Shown piece by piece: positions 23,201 to 33,820 of a stretch of DNA of 34,717 nucleotides (positions are counted from its first letter, which is position 1; each line of letters begins with the position of its first letter). Location of the stretch: the NCBI RefSeq assembly GCF_001194135.2, contig NC_068981.1:182920389-182955105 (forward strand). Direction: 5' to 3'. A model generated the notes under the pieces. It was not told the origin of the DNA, made no database searches, and worked only from the letters and a program-made list of their open reading frames with translations. The stretch comes from Octopus bimaculoides. Lineage: Eukaryota. A program made the position numbers and the translations under genes.

Positions 23201-24914
23201 NNNNNNNNNNNNNNNNNNNNNNNNNNNNNNNNNNNNNNNNNNNNNNNNNNNNNNNNNNNNNNNNNNNNNNNNNNNNNNNNNNNNNNNNNNNNNNNNNNNN
23301 NNNNNNNNNNNNNNNNNNNNNNNNNNNNNNNNNNNNNNNNNNNNNNNNNNNNNNNNNNNNNNNNNNNNNNNNNNNNNNNNNNNNNNNNNNNNNNNNNNNN
23401 NNNNNNNNNNNNNNNNNNNNNNNNNNNNNNNNNNNNNNNNNNNNNNNNNNNNNNNNNNNNNNNNNNNNNNNNNNNNNNNNNNNNNNNNNNNNNNNNNNNN
23501 NNNNNNNNNNNNNNNNNNNNNNNNNNNNNNNNNNNNNNNNNNNNNNNNNNNNNNNNNNNNNNNNNNNNNNNNNNNNNNNNNNNNNNNNNNNNNNNNNNNN
23601 NNNNNNNNNNNNNNNNNNNNNNNNNNNNNNNNNNNNNNNNNNNNNNNNNNNNNNNNNNNNNNNNNNNNNNNNNNNNNNNNNNNNNNNNNNNNNNNNNNNN
23701 NNNNNNNNNNNNNNNNNNNNNNNNNNNNNNNNNNNNNNNNNNNNNNNNNNNNNNNNNNNNNNNNNNNNNNNNNNNNNNNNNNNNNNNNNNNNNNNNNNNN
23801 NNNNNNNNNNNNNNNNNNNNNNNNNNNNNNNNNNNNNNNNNNNNNNNNNNNNNNNNNNNNNNNNNNNNNNNNNNNNNNNNNNNNNNNNNNNNNNNNNNNN
23901 NNNNNNNNNNNNNNNNNNNNNNNNNNNNNNNNNNNNNNNNNNNNNNNNNNNNNNNNNNNNNNNNNNNNNNNNNNNNNNNNNNNNNNNNNNNNNNNNNNNN
24001 NNNNNNNNNNNNNNNNNNNNNNNNNNNNNNNNNNNNNNNNNNNNNNNNNNNNNNNNNNNNNNNNNNNNNNNNNNNNNNNNNNNNNNNNNNNNNNNNNNNN
24101 NNNNNNNNNNNNNNNNNNNNNNNNNNNNNNNNNNNNNNNNNNNNNNNAATATTTCTGATCAAAATAAAGTGACGCCCCGAGACCTACAACCAATCAGAAC
24201 TTGTTCTTTGACTGTGGTCAACAAGGAATGGACGTTACCGGGAAGCCAACAGACCAAAACGCTAGACTTTGCCAAAACAAAAATATTTTGGCCAAAACAT
24301 CCACGAGAAAAACAAAAGGACGCCATCAAAATTATAACCAATCAAAAATTGGATCATTTTCCGTAAAACCATATATATTCTAAAACATTTGAACTTATAG
24401 CATATAGCATATAGCACTTCGAACTCCAATAAACTGAAATGGTGAAGAGACCAATGCACTGAAACTGAAATTGAAAAACGAACTACACGAACCTAGACAG
24501 AATTTGTAAAGAAAACTTCTTTCTTATTCTCTGCCTTTTTCTCTTTCTTCTCCACTTTATAAAAACTCAATATGACTGAACTTTCAATAATGTACATTTG
24601 TTATGATCTTCACCAAATATTTACACTTATATTACCAGCTATCCCTGTCAAACGCATTGAAATTTCATTGAACATTTAAAAATTTGATCGTTTAAACATG
24701 TTTGGCTGATTTTTACCTTGTAACTTTAAGCTCTCCTAAACTTTTTATTTATGTTTTGTACCGGTTTGGTATTTGAATAAATTTATTACAAAACTTAAAA
24801 AGGAACTGCACGTTTTGAGATTCTGGTGTATTTTTAAGCCCCTAAACAAATTCTCTTATATTTTTTCCTGCGTGAGAATAATGCACTTTTCATATATATA
24901 TATATATATATATA

Positions 24915-25105
24915 TGGGAGAATTTACGAAAAAAAAAACAACAGACGAGGACAGGTGGTGTAAACAACAAAAGGATGTATTAGTTTAACGTTCGGGAATA
25001 GAGAACGTCTTTAACGTTTCGAGCTACGCTCTTCAACAGAAAGAATAAGGAGAAAACCAAGGAGAAAAATATTTAAATGTTGTGGTCAGCGATCTATCAT
25101 GGCGA
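24915..25105 (-). mobile_element. Hammerhead-bearing repeat family A (Penelope-like terminal repeat?), copy 2
   Basis: Homologous to 998-1141 and flanked on both sides by (TA)n-rich tracts. Confidence 0.62.
25008..25044 (-). ncRNA. Minimal type I hammerhead ribozyme-like motif (CUGUUGA variant)
   Basis: Minus strand reads UCUUU-CUGUUGA-A-GAGC(GUA)GCUC-GAAAC-GUU/AAAGA, giving a perfect 5-bp stem I, a 4-bp stem II and palindromic AACGUU as stem III. Confidence 0.58.
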
Positions 25106-25410
25106 CTGTCTATATATATAATACATACATACATACATACATATATGCATGTATGTATATTATATATATATGTATGAATATTTATATATACAAAGGTATG
25201 TATATGTGTGTCTATATATATATATACATACATTATATATATATATATATATACATGCATATTTATATATATACAAATGTGTGTGTGTATATATATGTAT
25301 ATATATACACATATATATACATATACGTATATATATGTTTGTATGTAAGTATGCATTGTACATGTATGTATGTATGTGTGTGTATGTATGCATGTATGTA
25401 TGTATATATA
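25100..25410. repeat. About 300-bp degenerate alternating purine-pyrimidine (TA/TG/CA) tract
   Basis: Directly visible; it is the source of the Y/I/H/T/V/C pseudo-ORFs. Confidence 0.9.
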
Positions 25411-25865
25411 CACATAAAAACGCACACGCAACGCAGTTTCTCTTCGTTCGGGATAAATAAAAGGGGGTGGGGTACCACTGTTTCAATTCTTAGCTTTGCT
25501 CCTTATTTTTAGCCTCGAAACCTGACAGAATAATATTGGAGAGAATGGTATCGATCTATTCTTACGAATTCTTTAGTGGTCAGCTTGTTCTTCGACAAAG
25601 CTAAGAATAATGGTATTGCACATGAATAATTTACAATTTTATTCCCGTCAACACAACACACGTGCAATATGATACACCAGAGATCCAGGCTTGTTCGGTC
25701 AGGCAATGGCGTGGAGGGTCTGTCGATGCGCTAACACGCAATTGGATACATATTTCAGCATGCACGCATAAAAACACGAACACTATCTCTATCATACATA
25801 TGTACCCACGCAGCTACATGTATGCACGCATGTGTGTATGAACGTGTCGGAAAAGTGAGATATAT

Positions 25866-25914
<49 letters not shown>

Positions 25915-26439
25915 NNNNNNNNNNNNNNNNNNNNNNNNNNNNNNNNNNNNNNNNNNNNNNNNNNNNNNNNNNNNNNNNNNNNNNNNNNNNNNNNNNNNNN
26001 NNNNNNNNNNNNNNNNNNNNNNNNNNNNNNNNNNNNNNNNNNNNNNNNNNNNNNNNNNNNNNNNNNNNNNNNNNNNNNNNNNNNNNNNNNNNNNNNNNNN
26101 NNNNNNNNNNNNNNNNNNNNNNNNNNNNNNNNNNNNNNNNNNNNNNNNNNNNNNNNNNNNNNNNNNNNNNNNNNNNNNNNNNNNNNNNNNNNNNNNNNNN
26201 NNNNNNNNNNNNNNNNNNNNNNNNNNNNNNNNNNNNNNNNNNNNNNNNNNNNNNNNNNNNNNNNNNNNNNNNNNNNNNNNNNNNNNNNNNNNNNNNNNNN
26301 NNNNNNNNNNNNNNNNNNNNNNNNNNNNNNNNNNNNNNNNNNNNNNNNNNNNNNNNNNNNNNNNNAGATGCGCAGACAGACAGAAAATTGATAGATAGAT
26401 ACACATACATAATATATATATGTATATATACACACATAC

Positions 26440-26463
26440 ATACATACATACATACATACATGC

Positions 26464-26504
<41 letters not shown>

Positions 26505-26690
26505 TAGATAGAGATAGATACATACATAGATAGATAGATAGATAGATAGACAGATAGGTAGGTAGGTACGTAGGCAGGTAGATAGGTAGGTAGGTAGGCA
26601 GGCAGGTAGGTAGGTATATAGGTAGGTAGGTATATAGGTAGGTAGGTAAGTAGGTAGGTAGGTAGGTAGGTAGGTAGGTAAGTAGAAATA
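26440..26690. repeat. Compound tetranucleotide array (TACA)(CAGA)(TAGA)(TAGG/CAGG)
   Basis: Directly visible. Confidence 0.9.
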
Positions 26691-26999
26691 CATTGCACAC
26701 AGATACGAGGTAGATAAATTGATGGATGTAAAATCGATAACATTCCAGCCGTGACCATTCCGTATTTGTTAGATTTCTAAAACTATGTTATCTAATATGT
26801 CTTCCTTTTTTTTAACGACAGCATTGTATTAATCGACAGAAATTCGACTGTTATTTCTAGCAAATCGAGTGACCGCATAGAAGCTCCTTCGTTGGCAACG
26901 TAGTAGTAGTAGTAGTAGTGGCTGTTGGTAGTAAATCCCCGGTGATTGGTGGTTTCAATTTATTGTTCTTACAGCTGATAATTGCCGTGTACGCGTGTG

Positions 27000-27036
<37 letters not shown>

Positions 27037-27039
27037 GAG

Positions 27040-27061
27040 AGAGAGAGACTGTAAAAGCGAG

Positions 27062-27096
<35 letters not shown>

Positions 27097-27860
27097 ATGA
27101 GAAAGAAAGCGAAAAAGAAAAAGAGAGAGAGACAGAGAGACAGAGGGACAGAGTGAGACTGAGAAAGAGTGATAGAGTAATGAGACTTATCGAAGAATGA
27201 GTAATATATTGTTCAACGTGGCTCCTTTTCCTACGCAAGTCACCCTCCCCCTCCTCACACCATGTCTTGTATTCATCCGCCGCACTACTTTCTTTAATGC
27301 ACCTAACCACCTCAGTACATCTTACTGTCATTTTCACTTGCACTTTTTCTCTCTACTTTCTTTCTTTCTTTTTCTTCTTCTCTTCTCTTTTTCCTTATCT
27401 TCTTTCTGCCTTGTTTAGTTCTTTAACTCACACCTTTGTTTTCTCTTTCCACACTTTATTCATGTTTTACTTTCTTTCTTTTCCATCTTTCATTCATTTC
27501 TTTTTTTCATGATTCTGTAAATTTTTTCACATCTCTTTCTTTGGTATCTTTCATTCATTCATCCAGTCATTCATTCACTCATTTTTCCCTACTTTCTTTC
27601 TTTCTTTCTTTCTTTCTTTATTTCTTTCTTTCTTTCTTTCTTTCTTCCTTCCTTCCTTCCTTCCTTCCTTCTTTCCTTCCTTCCTTCTTTTCTTTCTTTT
27701 TACTTTCTTTCTACTTTACAGGTTTCCTGCATCCTCTCTCTCTTTTCCTTATATAAATCTCTGCCTGCATATTGGACTGTCTGCCTACCTACCTACCTAC
27801 CTACCTATCTCTCTCTCGCTTTCTCTCTCACTCTCTATCTATCTATCTATCTCAGAGGAT
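27040..27860. repeat. Purine-rich (GA/GAAA)n tract followed by a long pyrimidine-rich (CTTT/CTTC)n low-complexity tract
   Basis: Directly visible at 27040-27180 and 27340-27860. Confidence 0.85.
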
Positions 27861-28106
27861 CCCAACAGGGGTTCATATGACCCTTGGGGATCCGCGTAAG
27901 ATTCCATTGTTAAAATTTATCTGCAATAAATTGGTTTACTTCTACAATACACAAAATATCTTAATATTTTTTTTTATATAATTTCTTATAATATTTAATT
28001 ATCAAAATAAAAAGGATTTTTTAAAAGATCGAATGGCTCTGAGGGTCCACCTGATTAAGATAGGAATCATAGGAATCCATAGATAAAAAATGGTTGAGAA
28101 CCACTG
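27853..28106. mobile_element. hAT/Charlie-type MITE inserted in an (ATCT)n tract
   Basis: The right end reads CAGTGGTTCTCAAC on the minus strand and the left end is CAGAGGATCCCAAC (3 of 14 mismatches). The 8-bp flanks ATCTATCT and ATCTATCC match at 7 of 8 positions, fitting the hAT 8-bp TSD. Confidence 0.78.
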
Positions 28107-28149
28107 ATCTATCCATTTATCAAGTTATCTCAGTGCCTGTCTGCCTGTC

Positions 28150-28562
28150 GGTTAATATGGTTTGCACAAGCTGATGGCTTTCTGTTTCTCAGGAAATCAG
28201 ACGCAACTGCAGCAAAAGCATTCCATGCTTCTTTTCCAACGCCAGATATGATCTCCAAAACTAACTCGTCCTGCAATAGCCACCTAATATGTGGCCTGTC
28301 AAACGCAACAACCTTAATCTTCTCACAAGATAAAGCTGGAAACTTTCTGTTTAAGTATTTGAAGCAATCACTGTCTCTGTTTCAACTCATGTTTTGCACA
28401 CGATATGGGGCGCCCAGGCTTTATCTTGTCACCCAGTTTCATGCTGAAGTAAGTACGGTAAACTTTCTTCCTAATATCTGTGATTTTGTTTCACTGCCTA
28501 GGTGTAACATTCACAAATATAGCAGAAGATATTGGGGCTGCTTTTACATTTCTTTCACTCAC
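28150..28562 (-). pseudogene. Internally deleted CMC/Chapaev3-like transposase remnant
   Basis: With frameshifts, the minus strand gives KCKSSPNIFCYICECYT..KVYRTYFSMKLGD-DKAWAPHIVCKT*VE, an N-terminal Cys/His cluster. This is fused at about 28382 to NRDSDCFKYLNRKFPALSCEKIKVVAFDRPHIR..KEAWNAF..FLRNRK. The transposase identity is strong, but the Chapaev3 label is from recall. Confidence 0.75.
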
Positions 28563-29244
28563 AACAATCCTTATTTCTGAAATACAAAATATATTCAAAC
28601 CAGTTGTCACATGGGAAAACAAATGAATGATAGAATTAACCAAATGCAAATTTGTGATGGCAAAGTTCCATAAAGAGCATACATACCGTGAAGTTCTTTT
28701 CACTGTTCTTTGACCATTCTTGACGAAAAGTGACCCATGTGAACTCACAATTAAAACATTAAGGGCACATTCAAAATACTAATTTTCATAAGAACCAGTT
28801 AAAAGTTCAACAAAGCATGACTGGTCTAGTTTGCAATGATAGTCACATTAAATCAAGCAGAGTCTGGGCGTATCTGTTGACAAATTCCACAAATACGAGA
28901 CCTGTATGATATCAAGGACCGCAAAAATATGTTGTTTCTTAACATCTAATTGTATAAAGGACATTTCTGTCATCATCATAATATTTGAAACTGGTTAGGT
29001 TGGAAATAGTGAAAATTACCCAAGCTTGATACTTTTATTTACTAAAGATACTTAAATTATGACTTTTGTTTTCACTTTTGTAGTTGTATTTACTTTAAAT
29101 GACATTGAAAAACTATGTTTTCAAAGTTATATCAGGCTCCGTACATGGGTTTACATTTGATGAGGTCAGACCTATCCTTAGAAATGGTGACAATACAAGA
29201 AATGTTAGAAAATGGACATTTGAGTTTGTAAAAAATCTTGACGT

Positions 29245-29300
29245 GATTTCATTGGATTTCATTTTTGAAATCAGCAGCCCAGAATTAGTAAGAAACGTGT
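29245..29300 (-). mobile_element. Probable subterminal sequence of the same Chapaev3-like element
   Basis: ATTTTTGAAATCAGCAGCCCAGAATTAG resembles recalled TCAGCACCCCAAAATTA subterminal motifs, and it lies 5' of the transposase on the minus strand. Confidence 0.35.
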
Positions 29301-29417
29301 CTCCAGCATCAGACAACAAAAACCCTGTTCTCCAGCGTTATTCTTCTTATGTACATTCATTTATCCATAAACGAAAAATAGTCACTCTGTAAATTCAAGT
29401 GGAATATAAAATATAAT

Positions 29418-29637
29418 TTGACAAGCGATGGTGGGGGGACAAACACAGACACACATACATATATACATATATACGACGGGTTTCTTTCAGTTTCCGTCTA
29501 CCAAATCCACTCACAAAGCTTTGGTTGGCCCGAGGCTATAGTAGAAGACACTTGCCCAAGATGCCACGCAGTGGGACTGAACCCGGAACCATGTGGTTGG
29601 TAAGCAAGCTACTTACCACACAGCCACTCCTGCGCCT
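29418..29637 (-). mobile_element. SINE family 2: tRNA head, CORE-like region and internal microsatellite; 3' tail truncated
   Basis: Minus strand reads AGGCGCAGGAGTGGCTGTGTGG (A box), GGTTCAGTCCC (B box, 29573-29583), CTTGGGCAAGTGTCTT, (TA/TG)n and TGTGTTTGTCCCCC..GCTTGTCAA. This copy links the 5108-5368 and 3626-3910 fragments into one family. Confidence 0.87.
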
Positions 29638-29639
29638 AT

Positions 29640-29955
29640 ATAAAATACAAAATGGGACAAGAACGCAAAACATCCGGACAGTTAGGTGATACAAAAATGG
29701 GACAACAAAACATCCAGATAGACGATACAAAGAAAACAAGGACGGATCATTCGAAGCTTTCTTTCCTCAGTCGAGTACCAGATTATCTTCGCAATTTCGA
29801 CTGATTATACTCGAGATTGCTCCAAGGAAAAACTAAGAAAGCAGCTAATATATACAAAAACAAGGACGAAAAAAACGGACAATGTTACAGAAATACAATA
29901 AAAATAATAACAGGGCATAACGGCAGGTGTCTTTCGACTAAGGACGAATTGCCAG
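29640..29955. repeat. Unclassified repeat with internal degenerate tandem units of about 40 bp
   Basis: TACAAAATGGGACAAG..AAAACATCC.GA.AG units start at about 29646 and 29691, with a third partial GATACAAAG at about 29724. Confidence 0.45.
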
Positions 29956-30005
29956 TGTGTGTATGCGAGCGTGTGTATGTATTGAGAGAGAGAGANNNNN
30001 NNNNN

Positions 30006-30057
<52 letters not shown>

Positions 30058-30060
<3 letters not shown>

Positions 30061-30210
30061 AATCTTTCATACATTTCCGTCAACCAAATTTACTTGCAAA
30101 GTACTGGTCGGCCCAGGGCTCTAGTGACACAAATGACACTTGCCCAAGGTACCACTGAATCCCAAACCACATAGTCGAAAAGCGAACAGCTTAACTATAC
30201 AGCTATGTCT
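30058..30210 (-). mobile_element. Degenerate SINE family 2 head fragment
   Basis: TTTCCGTCAACCAAATT..GGTCGGCCC..GACACTTGCCCAAGGTACCAC matches 29490-29570. Confidence 0.6.
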
Positions 30211-30595
30211 TGGTCTATGTTAAAAAACAATTAAACTCATTATTACATTGCACTACCGTTTCGAGTTTCTTTGAACTACTCTTTTGTGAATCACTCTATC
30301 ATTGTCATTGTATTTTCACTCAATGTCTTCCATTGCACTCTCTTTATTCTTCTCATTAATTTAATGTTTCTTCCTCTTACGTTTAACTGTTTTCGCTTTG
30401 GCTTTAATTGTCATGTCTCTTTTAAGTTTTTTTTTCTTCTTCCTTTCCTGTTTACTCGGTATTATTTTTGTTTTGTTAGTCTCCTTAAGCACTTCGCCAT
30501 CTTTGTTTTTCCTATTACATCTTTTGTTCATTTCTTTAATTTTTGTTTCTATCCTGCGTTATTTTTAAATTAATATTTTTAGTTCCCTTGTTTCG

Positions 30596-30644
<49 letters not shown>

Positions 30645-30929
30645 NNNNNNNNNNNNNNNNNNNNNNNNNNNNNNNNNNNNNNNNNNNNNNNNNNNNNNNN
30701 NNNNNNNNNNNNNNNNNNNNNNNNNNNNNNNNNNNNNNNNNNNNNNNNNNNNNNNNNNNNNNNNNNNNNNNNNNNNNNNNNNNNNNNNNNNNNNNNNNNN
30801 NNNNNNNNNNNNNNNNNNNNNNNNNNNNNNNNNNNNNNNNNNNNNNNNNNNNAGAGAGAGAGAGAGAGATATGTACGTATGTATGTATATATGTATGTAT
30901 ACACGCACGCACACACACACACATACACG

Positions 30930-30966
<37 letters not shown>

Positions 30967-31180
30967 CATATAATAATGTTTGTTTTTATGTCGAGTTATA
31001 GAAAAACGATTTAACATTAAGCTGAAGAATTTCTCAATACTTTTCCTGCAGCTCATACTTGTTACACTTTTACAAGAAGAGAGGAAAACAGTGATTTTTA
31101 AGTTTCGGTCTGGAGTCTTTCGTTGAAGTGAATGCATAAAAATATGTATGTCATTTTTCAGTTTTATTTCAAGAACTCTT

Positions 31181-31254
31181 GCCAATCGAGAAAGAGCCGG
31201 TTTCTAACCTAGATCCAAGACTCCTTTATTGGAATTTCAACATCAACAACAGGG
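31181..31254 (-). mobile_element. 3' fragment of hammerhead-bearing repeat family B
   Basis: GGTTTCTAACCTAGATCCAAG..TTGGAATTTCAACATCAACAACAGGG is nearly identical to 34147-34220. Confidence 0.7.
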
Positions 31255-31349
31255 TATTTTTGTTTTATGTATGTATGTATGTATGTATGTATGTGTGTAA
31301 GTGTGCGCGCGCGCATGCATATATATTTCTGCATGTGTTCGTCGCCTTC

Positions 31350-31433
<84 letters not shown>

Positions 31434-31759
31434 TGGAGTATATACATATAAGAAAATAGCTTCCCTAAGATGTGCCACCTCAGCAACATGTGCAATATTT
31501 CCAAACGAAAACTGCAAAGCTGTGAGTTAAATTTTAAATTTTGAATTTTAATTACATATACGTCTATATTTATACAAGACTTCTATATATATGCACATTG
31601 CCGTTTCTTCACTGTCTCTCACTTATACATCAATAATTATTATAAATACAAAAGAAACATCAACACGTGTCCATGGGCGGTGTTCTGTCAAAAGGTAAAC
31701 GCTGTAAAGACGGACCTGTAACAAAACCAACCAAAAGAGAAAGAACGATGGACAGATAA

Positions 31760-32060
31760 CCATGAAATATCAATATGAGAGGCATAGAAAAAATAGCAAA
31801 GTACCAGGACATAGCCATTGACTTACAGAGACTATCACAAGAGCGGGTAAAATGTATGCCAGTAATTTTATGTGCATTGGGAACCATCCCTAAAGATTTG
31901 AACAGATAGCTAGAGGAAATTGGCATAAAGCCCAATTTAGTACAGCTCCAGAAAAGAGTGTTATTAGGGACAGCTAGAATACTTAGGAGGGTTCTTGGCA
32001 TCTAAGGTTACTTGTAGCCCGATGTTAGGATTTTTTCTTTTCGAACAAATTTGTTACGTG

Positions 32061-32119
<59 letters not shown>
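31760..32119 (+). mobile_element. 5'-truncated R4/Dong-like non-LTR retrotransposon: RLE C-terminus, 3' UTR and (TAA)19
   Basis: 31787-32005 encodes EKIAKYQDIAIDLQRL..RVKCMPVILCALGTIPKDLNR*LEEIGI..LQKRVLLGTARILRRVLGI*, the typical restriction-like endonuclease tail. A short UTR follows, then (TAA)19 at 32063-32119. Confidence 0.85.
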
Positions 32120-32120
<1 letters not shown>

Positions 32121-32256
32121 CGTATCTTAATTGTGTGTTTTACGAAATCAATTCCTGTCTGGCAAGTTATTGCTTACTGTTTCCTCTCTCTCTCTCTATA
32201 TATATATATAGAAACAGACACTCCAGTCTAACCTGAAATAATTGAAACGGAATCTA

Positions 32257-32296
32257 CCACTGAGGAGACGTAATCACGCCAAAACAACACGTCTGG
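32257..32296 (+). ncRNA. Degenerate type I hammerhead ribozyme motif (family C)
   Basis: CCA-CUGAGGA-GACGU(AAUC)ACGCC-AAAAC-AACAC-GUC/UGG. Two substitutions (a stem II mismatch and GAAA to AAAA) separate it from a canonical motif. Confidence 0.45.
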
Positions 32297-32439
32297 CGGT
32301 TCACTGATAATACATTGAGATCAGTTCAATGTGTTTTTACTCACAAAACCTATAAAGAGAAATTCGTCATTGAGACAAAATCCAGCAGCGAATACTTTTC
32401 AGGACTTAACGTAAAGGAAGATGTTTAAAATAGATGTAC

Positions 32440-32514
<75 letters not shown>

Positions 32515-32863
32515 GTCTGTCTGTCTATCTAACACTCCATCTCTCTCTTTCTCTGTGTATGTGTGTATAAATATATATATTNNNNNNNNNNNNNNNNNNN
32601 NNNNNNNNNNNNNNNNNNNNNNNNNNNNNNNNNNNNNNNNNNNNNNNNNNNNNNNNNNNNNNNNNNNNNNNNNNNNNNNNNNNNNNNNNNNNNNNNNNNN
32701 NNNNNNNNNNNNNNNNNNNNNNNNNNNNNNNNNNNNNNNNNNNNNNNNNNNNNNNNNNNNNNNNNNNNNNNNNNNNNNNNNNNNNNNNNNNNNNNNNNNN
32801 NNNNNNNNNNNNNNNNNNNNNNNNNNNNNNNNNNNNNNNNNNNNNNNNNNNTATATATATGTA

Positions 32864-32904
<41 letters not shown>

Positions 32905-33213
32905 CTATAACTATACATATATTTATATATATACATATGTATTATATGCACACACACACACATTCATTTATATGTACATATATATATATATATATATATA
33001 TAAATACGCACATACACTAATTGCGGTGGGCGGAAGTTTCGCTAGTGGTTGCTTATTCAAATCGAACAAGCCTCCTCTGGCGAAATTTCAAAATAGCGTC
33101 AAATAAAAATAAAAACGATATTAGGATCGAGAGTTCTATTCAGTACCTACTATTTGTATGTGTTTAAAAACACGTCCGTATGTATATGTATGTAAGCACA
33201 CATGGACATACTC

Positions 33214-33310
33214 TCTGTCTGTGTGTCTGTCAATCTGTCTGTGTGTCTGTCAATCTGTCTGTGTGTCTGTCAATCTGTCTGTGTGTCTGTCAATCTGTCT
33301 GTTTGTCTGT
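33214..33310. repeat. 20-bp minisatellite, about 4.9 copies
   Basis: TCTGTCTGTGTGTCTGTCAA four times exactly, plus one partial copy. Confidence 0.93.
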
Positions 33311-33435
33311 TACATACACACTCACACACATATCTAGCTAATTTTTAATTAATTGTGCAGCACACTGAATAAATGCTTCGATTATACGAATTCAGACGTT
33401 GCTTGCGAGGTTCACGTATGTCTAATTACTTCACA

Positions 33436-33820
33436 GTAAAGGCGCAATGGCCAAGTGGTTAGGGCAGCGGACTCGCGGTCGTAGGATCGTGGTTTCGATT
33501 CCCAGACCGGGCGTTGTGAGTGTTTATTGAGCGAAAACACCTAAAGCTCCACGAGGCTCCAGCAGGGGATGGTGTCGAACCCTGCTGTACTCTTTCACCA
33601 CAACTTTCTCTTACTCTTTCTTCCTGTTACTGTTGTACCGGAATTTCGAAGGGCCAGCCTTGTCACACTCTGTGTCACGCTGAATCTCCCCGAGAACTAC
33701 GTTAAGGGTATACGTGTCTGTGGAGTGCTCAGCCACTTGTACGTTTAATTTCACGAGCAGGCTGTTCCGTTGATCGGATCAACTGGAACCCTCGTCGTCG
33801 TAACCGACGGAGTGCCAACG
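33436..33820 (+). mobile_element. tRNA-derived SINE family 3 (OR/Nin-type by recall), full length with 12-bp TSD
   Basis: Head GGCGCAATGGCCAAGTGGTTAGGGCAGCGGACTCGCGGTCGTAGGATCGTGGTTTCGATTCCC contains A- and B-box-like motifs. An exact TSD AATTACTTCACA lies at 33424-33435 and 33821-33832. Confidence 0.9.

Noticed and set aside
25509-25740. GC-elevated unique segment with a 65-codon ORF
   Set aside because: No recognisable motif in any frame, so I cannot support it as an exon.
29099-29392. Overlapping 97-aa and 68-aa ORFs
   Set aside because: They overlap a probable transposon subterminal region and show no protein homology that I recognise.
29745-29805. Minus-strand CUGAGGA with a nearby GAAA (type I or II hammerhead?)
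   Set aside because: Neither topology gives a paired stem I and stem II together.
33441-33515. tRNA gene
   Set aside because: The tRNA-like head continues into a body of about 300 bp bounded by a 12-bp TSD, so it is a SINE. No convincing acceptor stem closes.
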